From: Myxococcota bacterium
GTDB lineage: Bacteria; Myxococcota_A; UBA9160; PR03
Assembly (NCBI GenBank): GCA_041611735.1
Contig: JBFIML010000009.1
Span: 1-64,000, forward strand
Direction of reading: 5' to 3'
DNA: 64,000 bases
In this document: piece by piece, positions 41,809-51,531 of the stretch
How the letters are laid out: each line of letters opens with the position of its first letter
Position numbering within the stretch: the stretch's first letter is position 1
Notes under the pieces: model-generated
What the model saw: the letters and a program-made list of their open reading frames with translations, nothing else
Told to the model about the DNA's origin: nothing
Database searches by the model: none
Position numbers and translations under genes: made by a program

Positions 41809-42330
41809 ATGGACGCGAGACGATGGACCGTGCTGGCAGGCCTGGCCCTGGTGTTGGCCTGGGGCACGGGTGCCTCGGACGAGGCCGTCAAGATCGGCGT
41901 GGTCGACCTGGACCAGGCCATCAACTCGACCGACCAGGGCAAGAAGGCCCGCGAGGAGCTGGCGCGCAAGCAGCGTGACGCCGAGTCCAAGATGCAGCCG
42001 CTGCTCGAGCGCTACCAGCAGATGGTGGAGGAGGTCAAGAGCAAGCGCTTCGTGCTGTCGGACGAGGCGCTCTTCCAGAAGCAGCTCGATCTCGCCGAGC
42101 TCGGCAACGAGATCGACAGCAAGCGCAAGGAGATCCTGGGGCAGCTCAAGGTGGATCGCGAGCGGCTCGAGGGCCCCCTGCGCGCCAAGCTGGCGGACAT
42201 CGTGCAGGAGCTGGGGAAGCAGCAGGGATTCACCGTCATCCTGGCCCGCGGGACCCCAGGCCTCATGTACACCCGGGAGGCCCTGGACATCACGGATTTG
42301 GTGATCGACCGCTTCAACAAGAAGGGCTGA
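41809..42330 (+). CDS. skp: OmpH/Skp periplasmic chaperone
   Basis: Signal peptide, KIGVVD, coiled coil, DITDLVI; follows bamA. Confidence 0.92.
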   Translation: MDARRWTVLAGLALVLAWGTGASDEAVKIGVVDLDQAINSTDQGKKAREELARKQRDAESKMQPLLERYQQMVEEVKSKRFVLSDEALFQKQLDLAELGNEIDSKRKEILGQLKVDRERLEGPLRAKLADIVQELGKQQGFTVILARGTPGLMYTREALDITDLVIDRFNKKG

Positions 42331-42332
42331 GG

Positions 42333-43115
42333 TTGGCCCGCGTCCACCCCGCCGCCATCGTCGACCCGGGGGCGAAGCTCGCCGCCGACGTGGAGGTCGG
42401 CCCCTTCGCGGTGATCGGTCCCGACGTGGAGCTCGCCGCCGGCGTGGTGGTGGGGGCCCACGCGTTGGTTGCGGGTCACACGGTGGTGGGGCCGCGCACC
42501 CGGATCTTCCCGTTCGCCGCCGTGGGCGGCGAACCCCAGGACAAGACCTTCTCCGGGGAGACCACCCGCCTGGCGATCGGCGCCGACAACGTGATCCGGG
42601 AGCACGTGACGGTCCACGTGGGCACGCCCAAAGGCGGCGGCTGCACGCGGATCGGCGACGACAACCTGATCATGAACGGCGCCCACGTGGCCCACGACTG
42701 CCAGATCGGCTCCCACTGCATCGTGGCGAGCTTCTGCGGCCTGGCAGGGCACGTGACGGTGGGAGACCACGCGGTGCTCGGCGCCTACACGGGCGTGCAC
42801 CAGTTCTCGCGGGTCGGGGAGTCGGTGATGACCGCCGCCAACTCCATGCTCTCCCAGGACGCGCCCCCCTTTGCCATGGTGGCGGGCGACCGGGCCCGGC
42901 TGGTGGGCGTGAACGTGATCGGCTTGCGCCGCCGCGGCTTCCCGGAGGAGACCCTGCGCGCCGTGAAGCACGCCTTCCACGTGCTGTTCGGCTCGAAGCT
43001 GCGCCAGGAGGAGGCGCTCGGCCGCCTGCGCGGCGAGGGAGCGCCGCTGCCGGATGTGGAGCGGCTGCTGCGCTTCCTCGAGACGAGCGAGCGGGGCGTC
43101 TGCCGCCCCCGGTGA
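42333..43115 (+). CDS. lpxA: UDP-GlcNAc(3N) acyltransferase
   Basis: VHPAAIVDPGA, hexapeptide repeats, PQDK, IREHVTV, HVAHDC, VHQF, NVIGLRRRGF. Confidence 0.96.
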   Translation: MARVHPAAIVDPGAKLAADVEVGPFAVIGPDVELAAGVVVGAHALVAGHTVVGPRTRIFPFAAVGGEPQDKTFSGETTRLAIGADNVIREHVTVHVGTPKGGGCTRIGDDNLIMNGAHVAHDCQIGSHCIVASFCGLAGHVTVGDHAVLGAYTGVHQFSRVGESVMTAANSMLSQDAPPFAMVAGDRARLVGVNVIGLRRRGFPEETLRAVKHAFHVLFGSKLRQEEALGRLRGEGAPLPDVERLLRFLETSERGVCRPR

Positions 43116-43969
43116 GCGAAGCCGCAGGCCACACCCTCGGGCTGATCGCCGGCTGGGGCGGGCTGCCCCGGGATCTCGCGCGCGCCGCAGGCCGCCACGG
43201 ACATCGCGTGCTGGCGCTGGGCTTCCGCGGCCTGACCTCGGAGGCGCTGGCCGACGACGTGGACCGGCTGGTCTGGCTCCACCTGGGCGAGCTCGATAAG
43301 CTGATCCGCACCCTGCGCGAGGCCGGCGCCCGGGAAGTGGTCCTGGCGGGCAAGGTGCCGAAGACGAGCCTCTTCGAGACGCCGGACCTGGTGCGCCCCG
43401 ACGCGCGCGCCCTCGCCCTGATCGGGCGCCTGGCGGAGCGCGGCGACGACGCGATCCTGTGCGCCCTGGCCGAGACCCTCGAGGCCGAAGGCATCCGGGT
43501 GCGCGGCCAGGACGAGCTGGCCCCGGAGCTGCTCGCGCCGGAAGGGGTGCTCGGGGTCCGCACGCCCACCCCCGCCGAGCTCGCCGACGTGCGCTACGCC
43601 TGGCCCATCGCCAAGGCCATCGGCGCCCTCGACGTGGGCCAGACCGTGGTGGTGCGCGACCGGACCGTCCTGGCCGTGGAAGCCATCGAGGGCACCGACG
43701 CCGCCATCCGCCGCGGCGGGGCGCTGGGCCGCGAGGGGGCCTGCGTGGTGAAGGTGGCCAAGCCCACCCAGGACCCGCGCTTCGACCTGCCCGCCGTCGG
43801 TCCCCAGACCGTGGCGGTGCTCGCGCAGGTGAGGGCGGCCGTGCTGGCGGTGGAGGCGGGCCGCACGCTGCTGCTCGAGCGCGAGGAGCTCATCAAGATC
43901 GCAGACGGCCAGGACATCTGTGTGCTCGGCCTGCGGCACGGGGATGCGGAGCCGGAGGAGCCGACGTGA
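43112..43969 (+). CDS. lpxI: UDP-2,3-diacylglucosamine pyrophosphatase LpxI
   Basis: GLIAG.G.LP, DVGQTVVV, AVEAIEGTD, KPTQDPRFDLPAVG. Confidence 0.93.
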   Translation: MSEAAGHTLGLIAGWGGLPRDLARAAGRHGHRVLALGFRGLTSEALADDVDRLVWLHLGELDKLIRTLREAGAREVVLAGKVPKTSLFETPDLVRPDARALALIGRLAERGDDAILCALAETLEAEGIRVRGQDELAPELLAPEGVLGVRTPTPAELADVRYAWPIAKAIGALDVGQTVVVRDRTVLAVEAIEGTDAAIRRGGALGREGACVVKVAKPTQDPRFDLPAVGPQTVAVLAQVRAAVLAVEAGRTLLLEREELIKIADGQDICVLGLRHGDAEPEEPT

Positions 43970-44925
43970 GGCCCGTACGCGTCGCCGTGGTCGGAGCGGG
44001 TCACATGGGGCGCCTGCACCTGGAGAAGCTGGCCTGGCTGCGCGATCGCGAGTCGGTCGTCACCCTGGTGGGGGTGGCCGACCTCGACGAGACGAAGGCC
44101 CGCGAGGTGGCGGAGCGCTTCGGGACGCGCGGGGTGAGCGACTTCAGGGAGCTCCTCGACGGGGCCGACGCGGCCATCGTGGCGGTCCCTACCGTGCGGC
44201 ACTTCGAAGTGGTGGACGCGGTGCTCGAGGCAGGCCTGCACGTGCTGGTGGAGAAGCCGATCGCCGCCACCCTGGCCGAGGCGGAGGTGCTGCTGGAGCG
44301 GGCGCGGGCCGGCGCCCGCATCTTCAAGGTGGGACACCTGGAGTGGTTCAACTCGGCCATGCGGGCCATGCAGGGCATGATCCGACGGCCCCGCTTCGTG
44401 GAGGCCCACCGCCTCGGCCCCTTCCCGGGGCGCGCCACCGACGTGGACGTGGTGCGCGACCTGATGATCCACGACCTCGACGTCGTGCAGCGGCTCGTCG
44501 GGGCGGAGCCGGAGCGCGTCGAGGCGGTGGGCGTCCCGGTGCTCTCCAACGAAGTGGACATCGCAAACGCGCGCCTGGCCTTCCCGGGCGGTTGCGTGGC
44601 CAACTTCACCGCGAGTCGCGTCTCCCCCACGCCCATGCGCAAGATCCGCTTCTTCCAGGCGGACGGCTACTTCTCCATCGACTTCCTGGCCCAGTCGGCG
44701 GTGGTGTTCCGCCGGCTCAAGCCCCCGGGAGGCGGCGAGCCGCGCATCGAGATGGAGAAGCTCGACATCGACCGCGACGACGCCCTGCTGGCCCAGCTGC
44801 ACGCCTTCCTGCATGCGATCCGCAGCGGTCGCCCCGCCTGGGAGGAGGGCGAGGCCGGGCTGCGCGCACTGCGCACCGCCCTGCGCGTCGTGGAGGCTCT
44901 GCCCCCGCTCGACGAGCTTCGATGA
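43966..44925 (+). CDS. Gfo/Idh/MocA oxidoreductase, GnnA-like (UDP-GlcNAc 3-dehydrogenase candidate)
   Basis: VVGAGHMG, VEKP, VGH, DVDVVRDLMIHDLD, ANFTASRVS; located between lpxI and lpxB. Confidence 0.85.
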   Translation: MRPVRVAVVGAGHMGRLHLEKLAWLRDRESVVTLVGVADLDETKAREVAERFGTRGVSDFRELLDGADAAIVAVPTVRHFEVVDAVLEAGLHVLVEKPIAATLAEAEVLLERARAGARIFKVGHLEWFNSAMRAMQGMIRRPRFVEAHRLGPFPGRATDVDVVRDLMIHDLDVVQRLVGAEPERVEAVGVPVLSNEVDIANARLAFPGGCVANFTASRVSPTPMRKIRFFQADGYFSIDFLAQSAVVFRRLKPPGGGEPRIEMEKLDIDRDDALLAQLHAFLHAIRSGRPAWEEGEAGLRALRTALRVVEALPPLDELR

Positions 44926-46088
44926 CCCGCCTGCTCGTCTCGGCCGCGGACGCTTCCGGCGACCTGCACACGGCCGAGCTGGTGGAGGCCTTGCGCGAAC
45001 GCCGGCCCGAGCTGCGCTGGGTCGGGGTGGGTGGCGACGCCATGGCGCGGGCCGGCGTGGAGCTCCTGGTGCACCAGCGCGAGCTCGCCGTGGGTGGCCT
45101 CGTGGAGGTGCTCGGCAGCCTGGCGCGGGTGGCGGGCGCCTGGCGGCGCCTGGCGCGCGCCGTGCGCGAGGCACCTCCGGACCTGGCCATCCTGGTGGAC
45201 TCGCCGGACTTCAACCTGCCCCTGGCGCGACGCCTGAAGCGGCGCGGCATCCCGATCCTCTACTACGTGAGTCCCCAGGTGTGGGCGTGGCGGGCCGGGC
45301 GGGCGCGCAAGCTGGCCCGGCGCGTCGACCGCCTGGCGGTGATCTTTCCCTTCGAGACCCGGGTCTACGCGGGCACCGGCCTGCGCGTGGACTTCGTGGG
45401 GCATCCGCTCGTCGAGCGGCTGGCGGAAGTGCGGGCCAAGTACGACCGGGCCGGCGCTCGCGCCGCCTTGGGGCTCGACCCGGAGGCGCCGGTCGTGGTG
45501 CTGCTGCCCGGGAGCCGGCGCAACGAGCTGCGCTACGGGCTGCCGCTCGTGGCCGAGACGGCGCGGCGTCTGCGGGTGCAGGTGCCGCGCATCCGCTTCG
45601 TGCTGGCCCTCGCCCCCACCGTGCTGCGGGCGGACGCGGAGGCGGGCCTCGCCGGGGCCGGCCTTCCGCCGGGCTTCCCGCTGCAGCTGGTCCAGGGGCG
45701 CACCTACCAGGCGATTCGCGCCGCGGACGCCGCCCTGGCCAAGCCGGGCACGATCACGGTGGAGCTGGCGCTGCTCGGCTGCCCGCTGGTGGTGGCGGGC
45801 CGCGCGAACCCCGTGAGCGTCGCCATCCTGCGCCGCCTCGTGCGCGTTCCCTCCCTCACCATGCCCAACCTGATTGCCGGCGCGCCGGTGGTCCCCGAGT
45901 TCCTGCAGGCGGAGGCCATCCCGGAACGGATCGCCGCCGCGCTCCGCGAGCTCCTCACGGGAGCGGCGCGGGAGCTCCAGCTCGCCCGGCTCGTGCAGGT
46001 GCGACGACGCCTGGGGCGAGGCGGCGCTGCGCGCCGCACTGCGGAGATCGCCGAGGAGATGCTGGCTGCACGCGGTGTGGCGGCATAG
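44922..46088 (+). CDS. lpxB: Lipid-A-disaccharide synthase
   Basis: DASGD, DSPDFN, YYVSPQVWAWR, IFPFE, FVGHPL, LLPGSR..E, GTITVE. Confidence 0.96.
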   Translation: MTRLLVSAADASGDLHTAELVEALRERRPELRWVGVGGDAMARAGVELLVHQRELAVGGLVEVLGSLARVAGAWRRLARAVREAPPDLAILVDSPDFNLPLARRLKRRGIPILYYVSPQVWAWRAGRARKLARRVDRLAVIFPFETRVYAGTGLRVDFVGHPLVERLAEVRAKYDRAGARAALGLDPEAPVVVLLPGSRRNELRYGLPLVAETARRLRVQVPRIRFVLALAPTVLRADAEAGLAGAGLPPGFPLQLVQGRTYQAIRAADAALAKPGTITVELALLGCPLVVAGRANPVSVAILRRLVRVPSLTMPNLIAGAPVVPEFLQAEAIPERIAAALRELLTGAARELQLARLVQVRRRLGRGGAARRTAEIAEEMLAARGVAA

Positions 46089-47334
46089 CGGCGCGGCGGT
46101 GACGGCGCTCGCCGTGGCGCCCCCGGCGCTGCTGGCGCTGCTCCTGCGGCCGCGCTGGCGCGAGGGCCTCGGGTTGCGCCTGGGACGGGCGCCACGCCTG
46201 GCTCCGGGTGCGGTCTGGGTGCACGGGGCCAGCGTGGGGGAGGTGCTGGCGGCGACGCGGCTCCTCGATGCCCTGGCCCAGCGCGGCCAGCCCCTGCTGG
46301 CCTCCAGCATGACCGCGGCAGGCCGCCGGGTGCTGCAGCGCACCCGTCCGGAGATTCCGAGCACGCTGGCGCCCCTCGACCATCCCTGGTGCGTGGCGGC
46401 CGCGCTCGCGCGCGTGGCGCCGCGGGCCCTGGTCCTGGTGGAGACGGAGCTGTGGCCCGCCTGGATCGCCGGGGCGACGCGCCGCGGGATCCCGGTGTTG
46501 ACGGTTTCGGCGCGCCTCTCGGCGCGCAGCCTGGCGCGCTACCGACGGGTCGGTCGGCTCCTGGCACCCACCTGGCGGCGCCTGGCGGCGGTCGGGGCGC
46601 GCACGCCCGAGGACGCCGAGCGCTTCATGGCCCTCGGCATCCCCGCCGAGCGGATGCGGGTGACGGGCGACTTGAAGCTGGAGCCTCCCGAGCGCGTTCC
46701 CGAGGTCGCGCCCGATCTGGCGGCGCTCCTGGGCGAGGGACCCGCGTGGATGGCGGCCAGCACCCATGCACCGGAGGAGGAGGTCGCGCTGGACGCCCTG
46801 GATGCGGTGCAGGCGGCCGGTCTGGCGACGGCACTCGTGCTGGCGCCCCGGCGCCTGGAGCGGATCGAGGAGGTGGCGGCCCTGGTCCGCGCGCGCGGCC
46901 GGCGGCTGCGCCGCCGCTCCCGGGCGGGCGGGGCACCGCTCGCCCCCGGCGAGGTCCTGCTCCTCGACAGCCTGGGCGAGCTTCCCGGTCTGTTGCCACG
47001 CGCTGCGGCGGTCTTCGTGGGCGGGACCCTCGCGCCCCGCGGTGGCCACAACGTGCTCGAGCCCGCGCTCGCCGGGCGTCCCGTCCTCTTCGGACCCCAC
47101 ACCCGCAACGTGCGCGAGGCGGCCGAGCGTCTGCTCGCATGCGGCGCCGCGGAGCGGGTGACGGACGCGGGCGCGCTGGCCCGCTCGCTCGTCGCCTGGC
47201 TGGGCGACCCTCAGGAAGCCCGCCGCCGCGGCGAGGCGGGGCGCAGCGAGCTGGCCCGCCACCGGGGCGCCACCCTGCGCACCCTGGCGCTGCTCGACGA
47301 GGTGCTGGCGCGCTCGGCTCGGGAGCCGCGGTGA
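46075..47334 (+). CDS. waaA: Kdo transferase
   Basis: WVHGASVGE, PLD, ETELWP, GDLK, ASTH..EE, LAPR, DSLGEL, GGHNVLEPA; start GTG 46075 or CTG 46066. Confidence 0.94.
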   Translation: MWRHSGAAVTALAVAPPALLALLLRPRWREGLGLRLGRAPRLAPGAVWVHGASVGEVLAATRLLDALAQRGQPLLASSMTAAGRRVLQRTRPEIPSTLAPLDHPWCVAAALARVAPRALVLVETELWPAWIAGATRRGIPVLTVSARLSARSLARYRRVGRLLAPTWRRLAAVGARTPEDAERFMALGIPAERMRVTGDLKLEPPERVPEVAPDLAALLGEGPAWMAASTHAPEEEVALDALDAVQAAGLATALVLAPRRLERIEEVAALVRARGRRLRRRSRAGGAPLAPGEVLLLDSLGELPGLLPRAAAVFVGGTLAPRGGHNVLEPALAGRPVLFGPHTRNVREAAERLLACGAAERVTDAGALARSLVAWLGDPQEARRRGEAGRSELARHRGATLRTLALLDEVLARSAREPR

Positions 47335-48404
47335 GGCGCCCGACCTGGTTCGAGGAGCGCGAGGAAGCGACGCTCCGGCGCTTCCTGCTGGCGCCCATCA
47401 CCGGGCTCTCCTGGCTCTACGCCGCCGCCGCCTGGCTGCATCGCACCCTGCATGCGCGTGGCTTCCTGCGCAGGCGACGGGTCTCCTGCCGGGTGGTGAG
47501 CGTCGGCAACCTCTCGGTGGGCGGCACTGGCAAGACGCCGGCCGTGGCCTGGCTGGCCCGGGCCCTGCGCCGGCGGGGCCACAAGGTGGTGCTGGCGAGC
47601 CGCGGCTACCGGCGCCGCGGCCACGAGCCGGTGCTCGTCGTCTCGGACGGCCGCTACGTGCAGGCGAGCGCGGAGCAGGCGGGGGACGAGCCGTTGCTCC
47701 TGGCCGCCCACGCTCCGGGCGTCCCGGTCCTGGTGGGGCCCGACCGGGCGGTGGTGGCCCTGCGCGGGATCGCCGCCTTCGCGGCCGAGGTGGTGATCCT
47801 GGACGATGGCTTCCAGCACCACCGGCTCGCTCGCGACGTGGAGATCGTCTGCTTCGACGGTCGCGCGGGCCTGGGCAACGGCCACGTGCTGCCGCGCGGA
47901 CCGCTGCGCGAGCCCATCGGGGCCCTCGCCCGCGCCGACGCCATCCTGGTGGTGGATGGGCCGCTCCCCGACGAGGACGCCACCCGCATCGGTGCCCACG
48001 CGCCAGGGGTGGCCTGGTTCGCCGCCCGCCGCCGGCCCCTCGGACTGCGGCCCCTGGAGGGCGGGGCGCTGGCGCCCCTGGACGCCCTGCGCGACGCCCG
48101 GGTGGGGATGCTGGCGGGCATCGCCCGGCCCACGTCGCTGCGGCGCACGCTCCAGGCCCTCGGCGCCGTGGTGGTGACGGAGCGCATCTTCCCGGACCAT
48201 CACCGCTACCGCGCCAGGGACCTCGCCGGTCTCGCCGCCGTGGCGCCGCGTTGGGTCACCACGGAGAAGGATGCGGTCAAGATCCTGCCCGAGTGGCTGG
48301 AAGAGGGCGTCGACCTCGACGTGCTCGTGGTGGAGCTCGATCCGGAGCAGCCGGAGCGGCTACTCGGCTGGCTCGAGGAGCGCCTGCGCGCCGCGCGCCG
48401 CTAG
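47331..48404 (+). CDS. lpxK: Tetraacyldisaccharide 4'-kinase
   Basis: SVGNLSVGGTGKTP, SRGY, GDEP, LDDGFQH, PRGPLRE, FPDHH, TTEKDAVK. Confidence 0.96.
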   Translation: MRRPTWFEEREEATLRRFLLAPITGLSWLYAAAAWLHRTLHARGFLRRRRVSCRVVSVGNLSVGGTGKTPAVAWLARALRRRGHKVVLASRGYRRRGHEPVLVVSDGRYVQASAEQAGDEPLLLAAHAPGVPVLVGPDRAVVALRGIAAFAAEVVILDDGFQHHRLARDVEIVCFDGRAGLGNGHVLPRGPLREPIGALARADAILVVDGPLPDEDATRIGAHAPGVAWFAARRRPLGLRPLEGGALAPLDALRDARVGMLAGIARPTSLRRTLQALGAVVVTERIFPDHHRYRARDLAGLAAVAPRWVTTEKDAVKILPEWLEEGVDLDVLVVELDPEQPERLLGWLEERLRAARR

Positions 48405-49270
48405 GCCGTGCCCGGCTCCGACCCGGGCGCCCCTCGCCGGTAGCGCCACGCGTGCAGGGCCACCCGCCGGCGCTCGCGCGCCAGGCGCGCCAGCATGGCG
48501 CGCCGCAGCACGCGATCGCCCGCCACGTACGCCCGGAAGCAGGCCGCGCAGCCGCGCACGCCCACCCGGTCCTCCAGACCCTGCTTGCGCAGCGAGCGGT
48601 AGAGGCGCATCAGCTCGCGCATGCGCGCAGCCGGCGCCACGCGGAGCACGTGGCGCGCCCGATCCAGGTCGATCACGATCACCTCGAACCCTTGGGCGCC
48701 TTCGCGGACGAGCAGGTTCTTCAAGTGCAGGTCCGCATGGCGGCCGCCCGCGTCGTGGAAGCGGCGCACGGCACGGCCCACCGACCGCGCGGCGTTGCGC
48801 ACCCGGCGCGCGTCCGGTCCGGCGGCCAGGAAGGCGAGCCCGTCCACCGCATGCGCCTCGCGCCGCGTGGCCACCGCGCCGTTCCAGATCGGCCCGAGGC
48901 GTCGCCAGGCCAGCGCCAGGGCGGGCTGCGGCACCGGAGCGCCGGCCGCGCGCAGCGCGACGGTGGCGCGCAGCTCGCCCAGGGGGCGCCCGGGCCCCAG
49001 CAGGGCTCCCCGCAGCAGCGGGGCCAGCAGCCCCCCCCGGCGCACGGGCCGCAGCACGAGTGTCACGGCCAGCCCCGGCAGCGCCACCTCGGCGGTGGGG
49101 GCGCGCCCGGAGGCCCCCTGGCCCCGCGCCAGGCGCTCTGCCAGCCGGGCCGGGTCCAACAGGCCCGCTGGGCGGAGCGCCGGCGCGAGCTCGGCGTCCA
49201 CCAGCGCCACCAGGGGACCCTCGCGCAGGGCCAGGAAGCCCGGCGGCGCCGTGCCCGCCCCGCGGCTCAC
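48401..49270 (-). CDS. Kdo kinase-like LPS kinase (KdkA/InaA family)
   Basis: SGR, VLRPVRRGGLL (KdkA-like LR..RGG), HADLHLKNLLV, IDLD. Confidence 0.8.
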   Translation of the reverse strand: MSRGAGTAPPGFLALREGPLVALVDAELAPALRPAGLLDPARLAERLARGQGASGRAPTAEVALPGLAVTLVLRPVRRGGLLAPLLRGALLGPGRPLGELRATVALRAAGAPVPQPALALAWRRLGPIWNGAVATRREAHAVDGLAFLAAGPDARRVRNAARSVGRAVRRFHDAGGRHADLHLKNLLVREGAQGFEVIVIDLDRARHVLRVAPAARMRELMRLYRSLRKQGLEDRVGVRGCAACFRAYVAGDRVLRRAMLARLARERRRVALHAWRYRRGAPGSEPGTA

Positions 49271-50391
49271 GTCTCTCCGCGTCGGGTCCGAAGCAGGAGC
49301 GGCACCGCCACGGCCGCAAAGGTCAGGTTCGGGATCCAGAGCGTCGCCGCAGCCGGCAGCGTGCCGGTCTGCCCGAGCGAGATCCCGAGCGAGAGGAGCG
49401 CGTAATAGGCCACCACCAGCAGCACGCAGAGCATCGTTCCCCAGGAACGAGCGCCGCGTGTGCGCCGCTGGGCCAAAGGCACGGCGAGGAGCGCGAAGAC
49501 GAGGGGCGCAAAGGGCAGAGCCAGGCGCCGGTGGATCTGCACCCGGTAGTGGTTCGGGTCACGCCGGCGTGCCTCCGGGGGCAGGGTGTCGGCCTCCGTC
49601 TGGGCCAACACGGTGCGCAGCTCACCGAAGGTCATCTCGTTGGGGCGCGGCGTACGCGCTTCGTCGAGAAGCGTGGTGGCGTCGATGGCGTAGTGGAAGC
49701 GTTCGAAGGCGATGCGTCGGTGCCGCTCCTCGTCGTCGCCTCTTGGGTCCAGATGCAGGTCCCCGTGCTCGAGCTCGAGCACGATCTCGACCCGCTCGGG
49801 ATCGAAGCGGAAGCGCCCGCTCTCGGCCACGATCACGAAGGGCCGCTGGGGATCGCTCCGATCGGCCACGAAGACGCCGGTCAGGCGATTCTCCGTGTCG
49901 CGCTCCTGCACGTAGATGACGCGCCCCGCCAGGTTGCGAAAGGTTCCCGGCTCGAGGATCGCTCCGCGCGAAGCCACGTCCTTGAGCACGGCCCGCAGCC
50001 TGAGCCGGGCGGCCGGCTCCACCTGCACGATCAACACCGCCGTGCCCACGCTGACGAGCAGGGCCAGCGCCAGGACGGGCGTGAGCAGCGCCGCTTGACC
50101 CAGCCCGCAGGCCCGCATGGCCTTGATCTCGGAGTCCGAAGCGAGCCGTCCCACGGCCACCAGCACCCCGAACAGGAAAGCCACCGGCACCGCGTAGGCC
50201 GAGAGCATGGGGAACAGGCACGCCACCACGGTCCAGGCGTCGCGCGCCACGAATCCCACCGCCACCAGGTCCTCCAGCCGGCGCAGCAGGTTCTGGGCGA
50301 TCAGGATGGCCGCGAAGGCCACGAAGCCCAGCGCGGTGTAGAGCGTCACTTCGCGGAGCACGTAGCCGAAGAGGGTGCGGGATTGCGGCAT
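49267..50391 (-). CDS. LptF/LptG family LPS export permease
   Basis: TLFGYVLRE, GRLASDSEIKAMRACG, PGTF, IHRRLALPF, WIPN; 3+3 TM layout. Confidence 0.9.
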   Translation of the reverse strand: MPQSRTLFGYVLREVTLYTALGFVAFAAILIAQNLLRRLEDLVAVGFVARDAWTVVACLFPMLSAYAVPVAFLFGVLVAVGRLASDSEIKAMRACGLGQAALLTPVLALALLVSVGTAVLIVQVEPAARLRLRAVLKDVASRGAILEPGTFRNLAGRVIYVQERDTENRLTGVFVADRSDPQRPFVIVAESGRFRFDPERVEIVLELEHGDLHLDPRGDDEERHRRIAFERFHYAIDATTLLDEARTPRPNEMTFGELRTVLAQTEADTLPPEARRRDPNHYRVQIHRRLALPFAPLVFALLAVPLAQRRTRGARSWGTMLCVLLVVAYYALLSLGISLGQTGTLPAAATLWIPNLTFAAVAVPLLLRTRRGET

Positions 50392-50457
50392 GCCGCAGTA
50401 TCCTAACGGCCACCCACCCCCGCCGCGAGGCTCGCCATCGTCACCTGCACCAACGCA

Positions 50458-51531
50458 CTGGCCCAGCCGCCCGCGGCCGATCGCATCCTGGTCCTGCGTC
50501 TGGGAGCGGTCGGCGACGTGGTGCGCACGTTGCCGGCTGCATCGACCCTGCGTGCGGCCTATCCGGGCTCCCACCTGGCGTGGCTGGTGGAGTCGCCCGC
50601 ACGCAGCCTGCTCGAGGCGCAAGCCTGGATCGATGAGGTCATCGAGTTCCCGCGCGTGGCGCTGCGGGAGGCCTTGCGTCGCGGGCAGGTCGCGGCCGCT
50701 CGGCGGGTGCTGAAGGTCTTCCTGCGCGAGCTGCGCGAACGACGTTTCGACCTGACCGTGGACTTCCATTCGATCCTGAAGAGCGGCCTGCTGGCTCGGG
50801 CCAGCGGGGCCCCGCTGCGGGTGGGCTACGCGCTGCCCTACGCGCGGGAGGGTGCGTGGCTGTTCGCGAACCGGCGCGTACGGCTGTCGGCGCCGAAGTC
50901 GAGCCGCTTCGAGCGCAACGCGGCGCTGGTGGCCTTCCTGGGCGTGGGCGCCCCGTCCGCCAGGCAGCCGCTTCGCATCGAGACGCGAGCCCTGGCCCGG
51001 GCCCGGGCAGGCCTCGGCGCCGGCCCCGCGCCCGTGGTGATGCATCCGGGCACCAGCGATGCGACGCCCCACAAGCGCTGGACGGTGGCGGGCTACGCGG
51101 CGGTGGCCCGTTCACTGGCCAAGCATGCAGGCCTTTCCAGCGTGGTGAGCCATGGGCCGGCCCGGGACGACCGCGGCTTCGCCGAGGCGGTGGTCGGCGC
51201 CTCCCAGGGCACCGCGCGTCTGGCCCCCGAGACCGCGGGCCTGACGGACCTGGCAGCGCTCTTCTCCCTGTGTCGCCTCTACGTGGGCAGCGACTCGGGT
51301 CCCATGCACGTCGCCTCGCTGGTCGGAACGCCGGTCGTCCAGATCCTCGGCCCGACCGATCCGCTGGAGAACCGGCCGTGGTCCGGGACGCCCTCCCGCA
51401 GCGTGCGTCGTGCGGTGTCCTGCAGTCCCTGCCGGCGCGGCTGCGCCGCGGTCACCTGCATGCGGGTCGTGTCGCCGGAGGCGGTGATCGCGGCCGCCCG
51501 CGAGCTGCTCGCGTTCCGGAGCGAAGCGTGA
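50458..51531 (+). CDS. Glycosyltransferase family 9 (heptosyltransferase-like), probable CTG start
   Basis: RILVLRLGAVGDVV, DFHSILKS, HPG...KRW, GSDSGPMHVA, GPTDP. Confidence 0.9.
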   Translation: MAQPPAADRILVLRLGAVGDVVRTLPAASTLRAAYPGSHLAWLVESPARSLLEAQAWIDEVIEFPRVALREALRRGQVAAARRVLKVFLRELRERRFDLTVDFHSILKSGLLARASGAPLRVGYALPYAREGAWLFANRRVRLSAPKSSRFERNAALVAFLGVGAPSARQPLRIETRALARARAGLGAGPAPVVMHPGTSDATPHKRWTVAGYAAVARSLAKHAGLSSVVSHGPARDDRGFAEAVVGASQGTARLAPETAGLTDLAALFSLCRLYVGSDSGPMHVASLVGTPVVQILGPTDPLENRPWSGTPSRSVRRAVSCSPCRRGCAAVTCMRVVSPEAVIAAARELLAFRSEA

